Below, piece after piece: positions 27,729-36,624 of a DNA stretch of 64,000 nucleotides. The position numbers and the translations under genes are program-made. The DNA is from an archaeon (GTDB lineage: Archaea; Nanobdellota; Nanobdellia; Pacearchaeales; GW2011-AR1). The DNA is taken from NCBI GenBank assembly GCA_018697035.1, contig JABHSE010000004.1, forward strand, positions 63,122 to 127,121, read 5' to 3'. Under the pieces are notes generated by a model. It was not told where the DNA came from, searched no databases, and worked only from the letters and a program-made list of their open reading frames with translations. How positions within the stretch are numbered: the first letter of the stretch is position 1; every line of letters starts with the position of its first letter.

Positions 27729-27800
27729 GCCTGGCACGGGGATCAAACCCGCGACCTCCGCATTACCAATGCGACGCTCTATCAACTGAGCTAACCAGGC
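27729..27800 (-). tRNA. tRNA-Thr(GGU)
   Basis: Hand fold of the reverse complement: GCCTGGT-TA-GCTC-AGTTGATA-GAGC-G-TCGCA-TTGGTAA-TGCGG-AGGTC-GCGGG-TTTGATC-CCCGT-GCCAGGC. Confidence 0.85.
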
Positions 27801-27920
27801 ATAATAAAATTCAATGACTCTATCTTATAACTTTATCGATAAGCCGTTACGGGGCGAACGATTTGCGCGAATTTTCTCTACGAAGTGATTAGAAATTTTT
27901 AGTGTGAATCGTGAGTAAAA

Positions 27921-28054
27921 CCCACGACCTCTACATTTTTGGATTTCTTTGAAATTCAAAGCATGAAGGTTCTTTGAACCTACTTTACCAATGTAACGCT
28001 TAATATATGCTGAGGGTCGCGAAGCGAGTCATCCCTTTGGGAAGCTAATCAGGC
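27921..28054 (-). tRNA. tRNA-Thr(GGU)-like gene with long insertions; 3' T-arm and acceptor strand not found
   Basis: Reverse complement: GCCTGAT-TA-GCTT-[40 nt]-AAGC-G-TTACA-TTGGTAA-[49 nt]-TGTAG-AGGTC-GTGGG... Three stem pairs differ from the neighbouring tRNA-Thr by compensatory changes. Confidence 0.45.
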
Positions 28055-28106
28055 ATAGATCTACCCATCCCCAAAATATTATAAACCTTCCTAGCACGAA
28101 TCCGTA

Positions 28107-28601
28107 ATGGAAGAAGAAACCCAGGAATCAGAACAATATAATTTCGAAGAAGACTACGAATCACTAAAAAAACAACACAACCTCCCAGATTTCGAAGCAC
28201 TAGCTCAAGACTTCGACATCGAAAAAATCGCAGACAAAGAACCACTATTCCTAGCACGAGAAATCAGACGAATCATCAATGAAAAAATCACAGCATACAT
28301 CCACCTCTTCGAAACCCTAATCAACCCAACTGCCCCACCTATGTTCGTATTCAAAATCCTAAAAAACATGACGGAAGAAGAAAAAAAAGAAATCCAAGAA
28401 TTTTACAAAGTCCTATCAAAAGCACAAATCGAAATCATGAAACTAGACACAATATACAAAGAAGAAGATGAAATAAAATTCATAAATGATAACTTCAAAA
28501 TCTGGCAAGAAATGAAATCAAAAATCCACACACTCTTTGAGTCCTTCCAAACAAACTTTGAAAACGGCAACATAGAAAAAGAACGAAGCTATTTTGATTA
28601 A
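28107..28601 (+). CDS. hypothetical acidic protein
   Basis: 164-aa ORF. Confidence 0.5.
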   Translation: MEEETQESEQYNFEEDYESLKKQHNLPDFEALAQDFDIEKIADKEPLFLAREIRRIINEKITAYIHLFETLINPTAPPMFVFKILKNMTEEEKKEIQEFYKVLSKAQIEIMKLDTIYKEEDEIKFINDNFKIWQEMKSKIHTLFESFQTNFENGNIEKERSYFD

Positions 28602-29203
28602 ACATTCATCTTTCCAAATTTCTTCAAAGTGTAATCCCACCTACCCTTATCCAAACTCATCCCCCTATCCAAAACATCCCCAGTCACAAAATCATAAGAA
28701 AACCAAATCCTCTCATTCCTAATCCCAGTCAGCCTCAACATATACTGATCAATCCTCGGACAATCAAAATCAACATCCTCATCACTAACCGTAGCATGAA
28801 ACTTCTTCACAGCATCAATCTTCTTAACAAGCTCAACATCTCCTCTAATCAAATCTTCAAGCCCATCATCAAATCTTCTCAAAGCCCCATCCTCAAAAAC
28901 AGGCACATGAGAATATTTCCCATCAAAATCATTTCTTCCCTCCAAATAAAAAGATATAGGATGCTTAATATTCCCACAAAAATCAACGATCTTCTTCCTG
29001 ACAATCTTCTCATCATTAATCAAACTAAACGGCCGAACAAGCGTAACATGAGGATGATAAACCTCCTCATCCTTATCAGAAATCCCACGAAGATAATCCT
29101 TAGCAAATCCCTTCAACCAAACTTCAAAATAATAACTCATAATTTCCCGAACAATATAACCCTTATTAATATAATGACAATCAACACTACAATTACAAAT
29201 CAA
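28598..29203 (-). CDS. 2H phosphoesterase superfamily protein (LigT/ThpR-like); alternative start at 29140
   Basis: Two H-x-T/S-x motifs: HPHVTLV and KFHATVS. Confidence 0.6.
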   Translation of the reverse strand: MICNCSVDCHYINKGYIVREIMSYYFEVWLKGFAKDYLRGISDKDEEVYHPHVTLVRPFSLINDEKIVRKKIVDFCGNIKHPISFYLEGRNDFDGKYSHVPVFEDGALRRFDDGLEDLIRGDVELVKKIDAVKKFHATVSDEDVDFDCPRIDQYMLRLTGIRNERIWFSYDFVTGDVLDRGMSLDKGRWDYTLKKFGKMNV

Positions 29204-29208
29204 CCCAA

Positions 29209-29409
29209 CTAAGAACCACTACTCTCATCAACCCCTTCCCTACTATCTTCTATCCCTTCTCTATTGTCCAAAATAGTCACAGCAACCTTCGCTTCATCTT
29301 CTACAGTTTCTTCTCCGCCAAAAACATCATCCCCGAAAATAGAAAACGCCATACTAATCAAAAGAATCAAAGTTATAATCATAACCAACCAAAAATACAA
29401 CCTCTTCAT
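29209..29409 (-). CDS. small secreted/membrane protein
   Basis: 66-aa ORF with an N-terminal TM and acidic tail. Confidence 0.4.
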   Translation of the reverse strand: MKRLYFWLVMIITLILLISMAFSIFGDDVFGGEETVEDEAKVAVTILDNREGIEDSREGVDESSGS

Positions 29410-29446
29410 AAAAAATAAACCAATCGAAACTTTATATATTTACCCA

Positions 29447-31090
29447 TCACAAAAATCCCAACCCAATCTCACACCCAACAACCGGAAACCTAATCTTCCA
29501 ATTCCTCAAAACCCTAGGCGCAACCTCACCAACCCGCCCAACCTCAACATCATCAACAACAATCTTCCCACATCGCCCAACAATATAATTCGAATCCTCC
29601 ACGTCCTCAACAATATACTCCAATCCCAACATCTTAAACAAATAATCCAAAACCTGCTTCATCTCAGTATATCCCATCTTCTCATCAACCATAGCAATCG
29701 CCAATCTCTCTTTCTCTCTAACTCCATTATCACTCTTCTCATCTAAAGCAAACACACGTCCCACCTCAAACACCTTCTGCGGATAAGCAGCATCAGAATT
29801 TTCCGACAAAATCTGCAACATATTCGTCATCATATCCATCCTCAAAACATCCCGCTCCGTTTTGCTCTCCTCGACCTCGATAAAATCATTAAACTCATAA
29901 TGCATCTTCTTAATATTCTTCTTCGTAGTCAAATGAAAACTATTGCATTCCAGCATTCCAAGTCCAGCCAAAATATTTCCAATCGCTCTCTTCTCCCTAT
30001 CAAAAGAATCCTCCTCTGCAATAGTAGAAATCTCCGGAATCTCCGGAACAAAATTATCATACCCATAAGCAATCGCAACCTCTTCAGTCAAATCAATCCA
30101 ATGTAGAATATCCGCACGATAACAAGGAACCTCAGCAAAAAACTTACCATTATCATTTCTCATTCCAATCCCCATCCTGTTCAAATATCCCCTAACTTCC
30201 TTCTCTTTCAATGAAATCCCCAAAGTCTTCTCAATATCCTCAATCTTAAATTCCAAATCTTCATGCCCCATATCAGGAGAAACAAAACTCCCATCCTTAG
30301 AATCCTTAATATTCATGGCATAAATTTTCCCACCCATTTCCGAAATTGAAGCAAGCAAGATATTCAAAACCTTTTTCAAATAAACTAAATTATGTCCAGA
30401 ACACTCAATAAAAACATCTCGCGTCTTCTCATCAATCCTTCCAGTCTTCTCACTATTAATAATCGGCGGCATACTTAAAACATCGTCATTAGCATCAATA
30501 AAAACAGGATAAACATCCGTATCTTCAAGTAAATGAGCATATTCTCTTCCAGTTGGGTGCCCTTTCAAAATCTGCCGAGCATTCATTTCCCGAGAAGCCT
30601 CAAGTGGCAAGAACTTAATATCCTCACTCGCTCGCCCCACAAACCGAATCGGCAAACTAATCTTATCAAGGGGATATATCCCAATCGCAGCCTTCTTTCT
30701 TTTTCGTCCAATAGAATTATGTAACTTCTCCTGCAAATCAACTACATTCTTAATATCAGAGTCACTAAATTTCAATCCCTTGATAATAGCACAAACAGTA
30801 AATGGCCGAACCACCTTTACAGATTTCTCAACAATAACTTCGTAATTTTTCTCTGGCTCATAAATTCTGAACTTAGCAACCTTACCTTTCCCATTAAACT
30901 GATTCACAGCCCGTGCAAAATTCTCCAAACTCAAAAGGTCAGGCCTATTCGGAAAAAGCTCAACCTCAACTTCCGAGTCAGTCAACTCTTCAACCGGCGT
31001 CCCCATATCCGTAATCTTCTTTTCAAGCTCCTTACTAATCTTACCAACCCGCTTCTCAAGCTCCTTCCGATCCATAGTCAATATTGTCAT
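29447..31090 (-). CDS. pheT: phenylalanine--tRNA ligase beta subunit (archaeal type)
   Basis: Length near 547 aa, colinear with archaeal PheT (B3/4 and B5 regions, C-terminal catalytic-like fold), in an operon with pheS. Confidence 0.85.
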   Translation of the reverse strand: MTILTMDRKELEKRVGKISKELEKKITDMGTPVEELTDSEVEVELFPNRPDLLSLENFARAVNQFNGKGKVAKFRIYEPEKNYEVIVEKSVKVVRPFTVCAIIKGLKFSDSDIKNVVDLQEKLHNSIGRKRKKAAIGIYPLDKISLPIRFVGRASEDIKFLPLEASREMNARQILKGHPTGREYAHLLEDTDVYPVFIDANDDVLSMPPIINSEKTGRIDEKTRDVFIECSGHNLVYLKKVLNILLASISEMGGKIYAMNIKDSKDGSFVSPDMGHEDLEFKIEDIEKTLGISLKEKEVRGYLNRMGIGMRNDNGKFFAEVPCYRADILHWIDLTEEVAIAYGYDNFVPEIPEISTIAEEDSFDREKRAIGNILAGLGMLECNSFHLTTKKNIKKMHYEFNDFIEVEESKTERDVLRMDMMTNMLQILSENSDAAYPQKVFEVGRVFALDEKSDNGVREKERLAIAMVDEKMGYTEMKQVLDYLFKMLGLEYIVEDVEDSNYIVGRCGKIVVDDVEVGRVGEVAPRVLRNWKIRFPVVGCEIGLGFL

Positions 31091-32145
31091 ACCAAACTAT
31101 CTCCTTTATCTCTTATTAATCTTTCCAATTCCAAAAATTCCTCATCCTTCATTCCCTCTTTGTATAATTCATTAACTAGCCACAGCCCAGAATCTCTAAT
31201 CTTCTCCTTAGGAGAATTCAACCCAAACCAACCTCCAGAAGCCCCACATTCTTCACATCCAGAAACACTCGAAATAATTCGCGACTCAATCCTTAATCGA
31301 TCTTCAATATCCTCAATCTCGAATACAGCAAAACTAAAATTATTCCTAATACGGTCACTAACCTTTTTCTCAACTTCCGCCTGCTTCTTCATATCGATAA
31401 GGTGCAAAAATTTATCTTTAGCTTCTCGCGTAGTCAAATCTAGTTCCCAGTGTTCTAAAAAACCATCTCCGTCCTTATTCAACAAAGCCCTTCCAATATT
31501 CTTTCTAAAAATACTACGATCTTTATTCTCATTCAAAAAATGTTGCTTCAATCTAGATCTCAATTGCCCTTCTCCAGTATGTGTACCAACTCGAACAATC
31601 CTATCCACGCCATGTCCAGGCTCACCTTTCTCAAACAAAATATATATCCCATTTCGCGGGATCCTCTTCTCATCGAAAGGAAACCGATGTTTCTCCATTC
31701 TATCAAATAAACCATGCAATTTTCCACATGTTCCGCAAGTTTTCTCTTTCAAAAATTTAAGCTGCCGGCCAATCCCAAGTCCCCTCATTGGAACATCATA
31801 ATTATTAATTTCGGGAGTCAAAAACTCCCGATACCTTTTCCCAGCCAAAAAAACAAATTCATCACTATCCAAATTAGCCTTCTCCTTCAATTGTCCCAAA
31901 ACTCCTTCGGCCCAAACCTTTCTTTCTCTAATTCTCATTTCATTCAAAGTCTTGTTATAGGAATCAATCTTTTTATCTAACTCCAGCAATCCATATTCCG
32001 CAGAAAGAACAAATATCTTGTCAGCCTTCAGCAACTTAGCATAAGCTAAATTAAATTTAAACAAAGGACTAATATACAAATTTTTAGCCCGGTGCTGTCC
32101 ATCCAGCTTTTTACTAACACAAGATATCAGAACAAATTTTTTCAT
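31087..32145 (-). CDS. two-domain protein: N-terminal DUF6884-like, C-terminal GIY-YIG-like
   Basis: N-terminus ISCVSKK...LYISPLF...VLSAEYGLL resembles DUF6884. The C-terminal half begins NGIYILFE...RIVRVGTH (GIY-type motif). Confidence 0.5.
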   Translation of the reverse strand: MKKFVLISCVSKKLDGQHRAKNLYISPLFKFNLAYAKLLKADKIFVLSAEYGLLELDKKIDSYNKTLNEMRIRERKVWAEGVLGQLKEKANLDSDEFVFLAGKRYREFLTPEINNYDVPMRGLGIGRQLKFLKEKTCGTCGKLHGLFDRMEKHRFPFDEKRIPRNGIYILFEKGEPGHGVDRIVRVGTHTGEGQLRSRLKQHFLNENKDRSIFRKNIGRALLNKDGDGFLEHWELDLTTREAKDKFLHLIDMKKQAEVEKKVSDRIRNNFSFAVFEIEDIEDRLRIESRIISSVSGCEECGASGGWFGLNSPKEKIRDSGLWLVNELYKEGMKDEEFLELERLIRDKGDSLV

Positions 32146-32749
32146 GAGTTCTAACTTCCATCATTTCACCATGTCCAGGCACGATAAAATCAGCCAACTC
32201 CAAAATCTTCCGCCGACTCTCCTCATAAGCATCCATATCAGCAGTAATCATCTCAATTTCCCTTTCTTCCAAATCAGTCAACCGAGGAACCCTGATAGCA
32301 TCACCAGCAACAACCACAACACCTTTTTCAGTATCAACGACAACGGACATCATATCAAGGGTATGACCAGGCGTAAAAATAACTCGAACATCCCTTGCTA
32401 TCTCAGGATTATCAATAAGATTTCCTCTCTCCAAAAAACCTTTATTCAAGGTCTGAACCTGCCCAGGATATTCGCCTCCAGCAAACTTCAACATAATCTT
32501 TGCCCCGTTAAACAAATGAACATTCGTAGTATGATCAATATGGGTATGGGTAAGAATAATAATATCTATATCTTCAGGAGAAAGACCTTCTCCCTTTAGG
32601 GCATCTAAGAGCTTCTTTTCATTAGCAAAAGATCCAGGATCAACCAGAATATTTTTATCACTTTTGATTAAAGTCGAAGTAGAGCCTATCAAAAACCCTC
32701 CTTCAGTCGCCTCATGCTTCCCATTAACCAAAACCTTCACTTCCGCCAA
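32114..32749 (-). CDS. MBL-fold metallo-hydrolase
   Basis: THTHIDH (HxHxDH) motif and downstream TPGHT. Confidence 0.8.
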   Translation of the reverse strand: MAEVKVLVNGKHEATEGGFLIGSTSTLIKSDKNILVDPGSFANEKKLLDALKGEGLSPEDIDIIILTHTHIDHTTNVHLFNGAKIMLKFAGGEYPGQVQTLNKGFLERGNLIDNPEIARDVRVIFTPGHTLDMMSVVVDTEKGVVVVAGDAIRVPRLTDLEEREIEMITADMDAYEESRRKILELADFIVPGHGEMMEVRTHEKICSDILC

Positions 32750-34347
32750 ACCCTCATCTCTCGCAATTTATTCAAATCATTCTTATACATCTCTCTCAAA
32801 TCATCAATCCCAAAAAAATTCATAATAACCCTATCAAACCCAGGACCCCAAGCCAAAACAGGAACATGCTTCCCAAACATCGGAATCGTCACCTCAGGCC
32901 GAAACATCCCAGCTCCACCAAGTTCCAACCATTTTTGTTTCCCCTCGTGCCAAACATCAATCTCCAATGACGGCTCGGTATACGCAAAATAAGCCGGTCT
33001 CCACCTAAGTTTCTCATAACCCATCTTCCCAAAAAACTGCTTCAAATAACCAAGCAGCTGAACAAAATTCGCATTCTCATCTACAACAATCCCCTCAGTC
33101 TGATTAAATTCGAAACCATGCGACCAATCCACAGTCTCATTCCTAAAACATTTCCCAAGTGCAAAATACTTCGCCGGAAACTCTCCACTCTTCCCAATCT
33201 CCATAATCTTCCGAGCAGACAAACAAGTCGTATGCGTTCTAAGCAAAACTTTCTTAGCATCTTCCTCATCCCACTTCTGCTGCCATCCCTTACTTCCATC
33301 AACCCCACCCTCATGCGCCTTAGCAACATTCTCCAAAACCTTCTTTACTCCCAACTCCGAACTCCCAACTCCTGACTTCGACCTCAAATTTTTGAGGTAG
33401 AACGTATCCTGCATCTCACGAACCGGATGATCCTGCGCCGTAAATAAAGAATCAAAAACCCAAAACCCACTCTCAACCATATTCCCCTTCATCTCCTTAA
33501 ATCCCATCTCCAACCAAATCGACTTAGCATAATCCGTAGCCTGATTCACAAAATGCCTCTTCCCACCATACAACCTTGGCACAGGCGCATTCAAATCATA
33601 ACGCCGAAACTTCTTTCCCTTCCAACTCGTCCCCTTCAACATCTTTGGCGTCAAAGCCTCCAACATCTCCCCACCCAAGTCCATCCCATAAATCTTCAAA
33701 CCCAAATCACTCAACTTCACATTAACAATCTTCTCCTCAATAACCTCAACAATATCTTTCCTTTTCTTCAAATTTGCCAAAGCCAACAGATCTAAGTCCT
33801 TAACCTCATCTAAAGCAACAGGCAACTTCTCTATGAAAACCTCCTCAATACTCTTCTTTGAAACCTCACTACCGCCCGACAATTTCAATTTCCCCTTATC
33901 AATCTCAACCAAACCCTTCCCTTTCAAAACACCAAGCGCAACCTTCGCCTCATTCTCATTCAAACCACAAACATTCCTAATCTCACCAATCGGAATAACT
34001 TTGCCCGATGAAGCCGGAACTTCTTCAGAAGTTCCCAATTTAGAGGGTACACTATTACGTGCATCAGATAACTTATTGAGCAATGCCCGCTCAGGCAATT
34101 CCTTCTTTAAATAATTAATCCCCAAAATTCCCAAATCAACCCTCTTCACCTCATTAGTCTCAGAAACAACCAAACCCTTCTTTTCCAACAACCCAACAGC
34201 CCGCAACACAGTGGTTTTATCTAAATTACTTTTTTCAGCAACAACCCCAACTTCTAAATCTTCCTTGCTTAACTTAGGCAAAACATCGCGCTCCATAGGC
34301 GACAAAGACTCAATAATCAACTTCTCATCCATATCAACCCCAATCAT
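32737..34347 (-). CDS. pheS: phenylalanine--tRNA ligase alpha subunit (archaeal type)
   Basis: N-terminal tandem wHTH repeats and a class II core (FRRY.., LLRTHTT, GKCFRNE, GAGMFRPEV). Confidence 0.9.
   Translation of the reverse strand: MIGVDMDEKLIIESLSPMERDVLPKLSKEDLEVGVVAEKSNLDKTTVLRAVGLLEKKGLVVSETNEVKRVDLGILGINYLKKELPERALLNKLSDARNSVPSKLGTSEEVPASSGKVIPIGEIRNVCGLNENEAKVALGVLKGKGLVEIDKGKLKLSGGSEVSKKSIEEVFIEKLPVALDEVKDLDLLALANLKKRKDIVEVIEEKIVNVKLSDLGLKIYGMDLGGEMLEALTPKMLKGTSWKGKKFRRYDLNAPVPRLYGGKRHFVNQATDYAKSIWLEMGFKEMKGNMVESGFWVFDSLFTAQDHPVREMQDTFYLKNLRSKSGVGSSELGVKKVLENVAKAHEGGVDGSKGWQQKWDEEDAKKVLLRTHTTCLSARKIMEIGKSGEFPAKYFALGKCFRNETVDWSHGFEFNQTEGIVVDENANFVQLLGYLKQFFGKMGYEKLRWRPAYFAYTEPSLEIDVWHEGKQKWLELGGAGMFRPEVTIPMFGKHVPVLAWGPGFDRVIMNFFGIDDLREMYKNDLNKLREMRVWRK
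33348..33372 (-). repeat. F2-related GGAGTTGGG tandem motif in pheS
   Basis: ctcccaactccgaactcccaactcc encodes GVGSSELGV. Confidence 0.55.
34001..34062 (-). repeat. F1 in-frame repeat copy in pheS
   Basis: ttgcccgatgaagccggaacttcttcagaagttcccaatttagagggtacactattacgtgc encodes ARNSVPSKLGTSEEVPASSGK. Confidence 0.9.
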
Positions 34348-34388
34348 ACAATCTTTTTAAGGTTTAGCAAAAGAGTGCCCAAACCAAA

Positions 34389-34757
34389 TCACCGAATCCC
34401 CTTCTCCGAAACATGCCCAATCAATCCTCGCAACATCATACCCACCCTACCTAATTCTTTAACCAACTCATCAACTTCCCCATCATCCAAATATCCCAAT
34501 TCCCCAGCTGCCAACAATTGACTCTCAACCTCCTTAGTACTTCCCAAAGCATTATACAAAAACGAAACAAAGTCTTTACTGGTTCTTCTTCCACAACCCT
34601 CAGCAATATTAGAAGAAATACTAACAGTCGCTCTTCTGAGCTGTGAAGTCAATCCGTAAATCTCATCACGAGGAAACTTAGAAGTCAATCCATAAACTTT
34701 CTTAATTAAACCAAAAGAAACCTTCCAAACCTCCAAATTACGAAAATTCCAAACCAT
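34389..34757 (-). CDS. four-helix-bundle protein (23S rRNA-intervening-sequence / Avd-like family)
   Basis: FRNLEVWK...SQLRRATVSISSNIAEG motif set typical of TIGR02436-like proteins. Confidence 0.85.
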   Translation of the reverse strand: MVWNFRNLEVWKVSFGLIKKVYGLTSKFPRDEIYGLTSQLRRATVSISSNIAEGCGRRTSKDFVSFLYNALGSTKEVESQLLAAGELGYLDDGEVDELVKELGRVGMMLRGLIGHVSEKGIR

Positions 34758-34840
34758 AATAAACTCAACATCAAAGAATACTTAAAAGTTGCCCAAATCA
34801 ATCCTTACCCCCGGTACCACCCCACCTCCCCACAAATTAC

Positions 34841-36595
34841 TCAATAGAGTAATTTGTGTATATCCCTCAAATGCTTCAAATGCTTATTCTTAGCCTTTTT
34901 CAAATCCCCAGATTTCTTCTCATGTAGAATACCAACTAACTCCTGCCCAGCCAAAATCTTCGGCGTCACAACATAATCAGCCCCAGCACGATACAATTTC
35001 AACGTCTCACTAATCCGACTACCAACAACAACAACCTTAGCCTTAGGCGCAACCTTCTTCAACTTCTTTATTAAATACCGAGTCTGCTCATAATCAGGAA
35101 TCGTCGAAATAACCAACTTCAACTTTTTCAAATTAATCTTCTCCAACATATCAGGACTACAAACATCTCCATAAACACAACTCACTTTCTTCTTCATCAA
35201 CACCCCAATCACCTCAGGATTATAATCAATAACCAACAGCTTATCTCTATCTTCCAGCAACTCCTCCATCAAAGCCCCACCCATCCGATGCGACCCAATC
35301 AACAAAATCTCCTTATCCCTTTTGTCCTCATAACACATAACTTCACGAATAGGCAAAAACCCTAGGCTTCTAATCGGGTAACGAAAAAACCGATACATTC
35401 CACTCTTATATTTGATAAAATAAGGAGTAACTGACATCGTAATAATCGTAGCCAAAATCACAGTCGAAAAAATCGAAGCATCCAGAACACCAGTCATCAT
35501 ACCGATACCACCTATAATCAACGAAAACTCAGACAACTGCGCCAAAGAAATCGCCGTCAAAAAACTAGTTCGAGGCTGATAACCAGTAATCCTAAGCAAA
35601 ACCAAAGTTACAATAGGCTTAATTAAAAACGCGCCAAAAATCAAGACCCCAAGCAAAACCAATCTCTCTCCAACACCACTAAAAACAAGCTGCATTCCAA
35701 GTGCAACAAAAAACAAAATAGCAAAGAAATCACGAAGCGGAGAAATCCTTGACTCAAGCTCCAACTTAAACGGAGAATTCGCCAAACTCACTCCCGCAAT
35801 AAAAGCACCAATAACAATAGACAACTCACTAATGTAAGCCAAAATAATAAACAAAAACAAAACAGCCAAAGAACACAAAAACAAAAACTCATTCGACTGC
35901 GCCGCGAACCGAAACAACTTATTCAAAACAAATCTCTGCAGCAAAAACGCAGCTAATAAAATCAGGCCCAATTTCATAAAAGCAAGCGACAATGGAACAA
36001 ACGCAAACCCACCACTAGTAAAAACAACAATCGCAACAATCGCAACCAAATCCTGCAACAGCAAAATACCCAAAACCAAACGACCATGCAACGTCACCAA
36101 CTCATTCCTATCTGCCAACAACTTAATATCAACCATCGTAGAACCGAACGCCAAAATAATTCCGATATAAGCAGCCTGCAAACTACTCAACCCCAAAATA
36201 CCAGCCAACGCCATAGCAATCCCAAAAATAATTCCAACCTGCAAAACCCCAATCAACGCAATCTTTTTCAGATTCGCCTCACGAATCTTCCTAAACGAAA
36301 TCTCTAAGCCAGCGGTAAACAACAAAAACGCAATCCCAATTTCTGAAAACGCATTAATCAAATCTAAATTCTTCACAACTCCAAAAATCAAAGGACCCAA
36401 AACAAGCCCAGTCAAAACATACGCCGGAATCAAAGGCTGCTTCAACATCCGCGCAACAAACGCAAATATAGCAGACAAAATAAGTATCACAGCAATATCA
36501 AAAATAATAACTTCACTCGCCGGCAACGTATCGAGATGATGCGCAATAGTACTAACACCTTCAATCACCTTCCCAGTCATCAACTCAATCATCAA
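34841..36595 (-). CDS. CPA2 cation:proton antiporter with C-terminal RCK/TrkA-N domain
   Basis: About 12 TM segments followed by a Rossmann-like region (ILLIGSHRMGG). Confidence 0.85.
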   Translation of the reverse strand: MMIELMTGKVIEGVSTIAHHLDTLPASEVIIFDIAVILILSAIFAFVARMLKQPLIPAYVLTGLVLGPLIFGVVKNLDLINAFSEIGIAFLLFTAGLEISFRKIREANLKKIALIGVLQVGIIFGIAMALAGILGLSSLQAAYIGIILAFGSTMVDIKLLADRNELVTLHGRLVLGILLLQDLVAIVAIVVFTSGGFAFVPLSLAFMKLGLILLAAFLLQRFVLNKLFRFAAQSNEFLFLCSLAVLFLFIILAYISELSIVIGAFIAGVSLANSPFKLELESRISPLRDFFAILFFVALGMQLVFSGVGERLVLLGVLIFGAFLIKPIVTLVLLRITGYQPRTSFLTAISLAQLSEFSLIIGGIGMMTGVLDASIFSTVILATIITMSVTPYFIKYKSGMYRFFRYPIRSLGFLPIREVMCYEDKRDKEILLIGSHRMGGALMEELLEDRDKLLVIDYNPEVIGVLMKKKVSCVYGDVCSPDMLEKINLKKLKLVISTIPDYEQTRYLIKKLKKVAPKAKVVVVGSRISETLKLYRAGADYVVTPKILAGQELVGILHEKKSGDLKKAKNKHLKHLRDIHKLLY

Positions 36596-36624
36596 ATAAA
36601 CTAGCCATTATCTTTTATAAATAT

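Noticed and set aside
34389-34757. Avd-like four-helix-bundle gene as a marker of a diversity-generating retroelement
   Set aside because: No reverse transcriptase and no template/variable repeat pair are visible nearby. The family also occurs as stand-alone genes.
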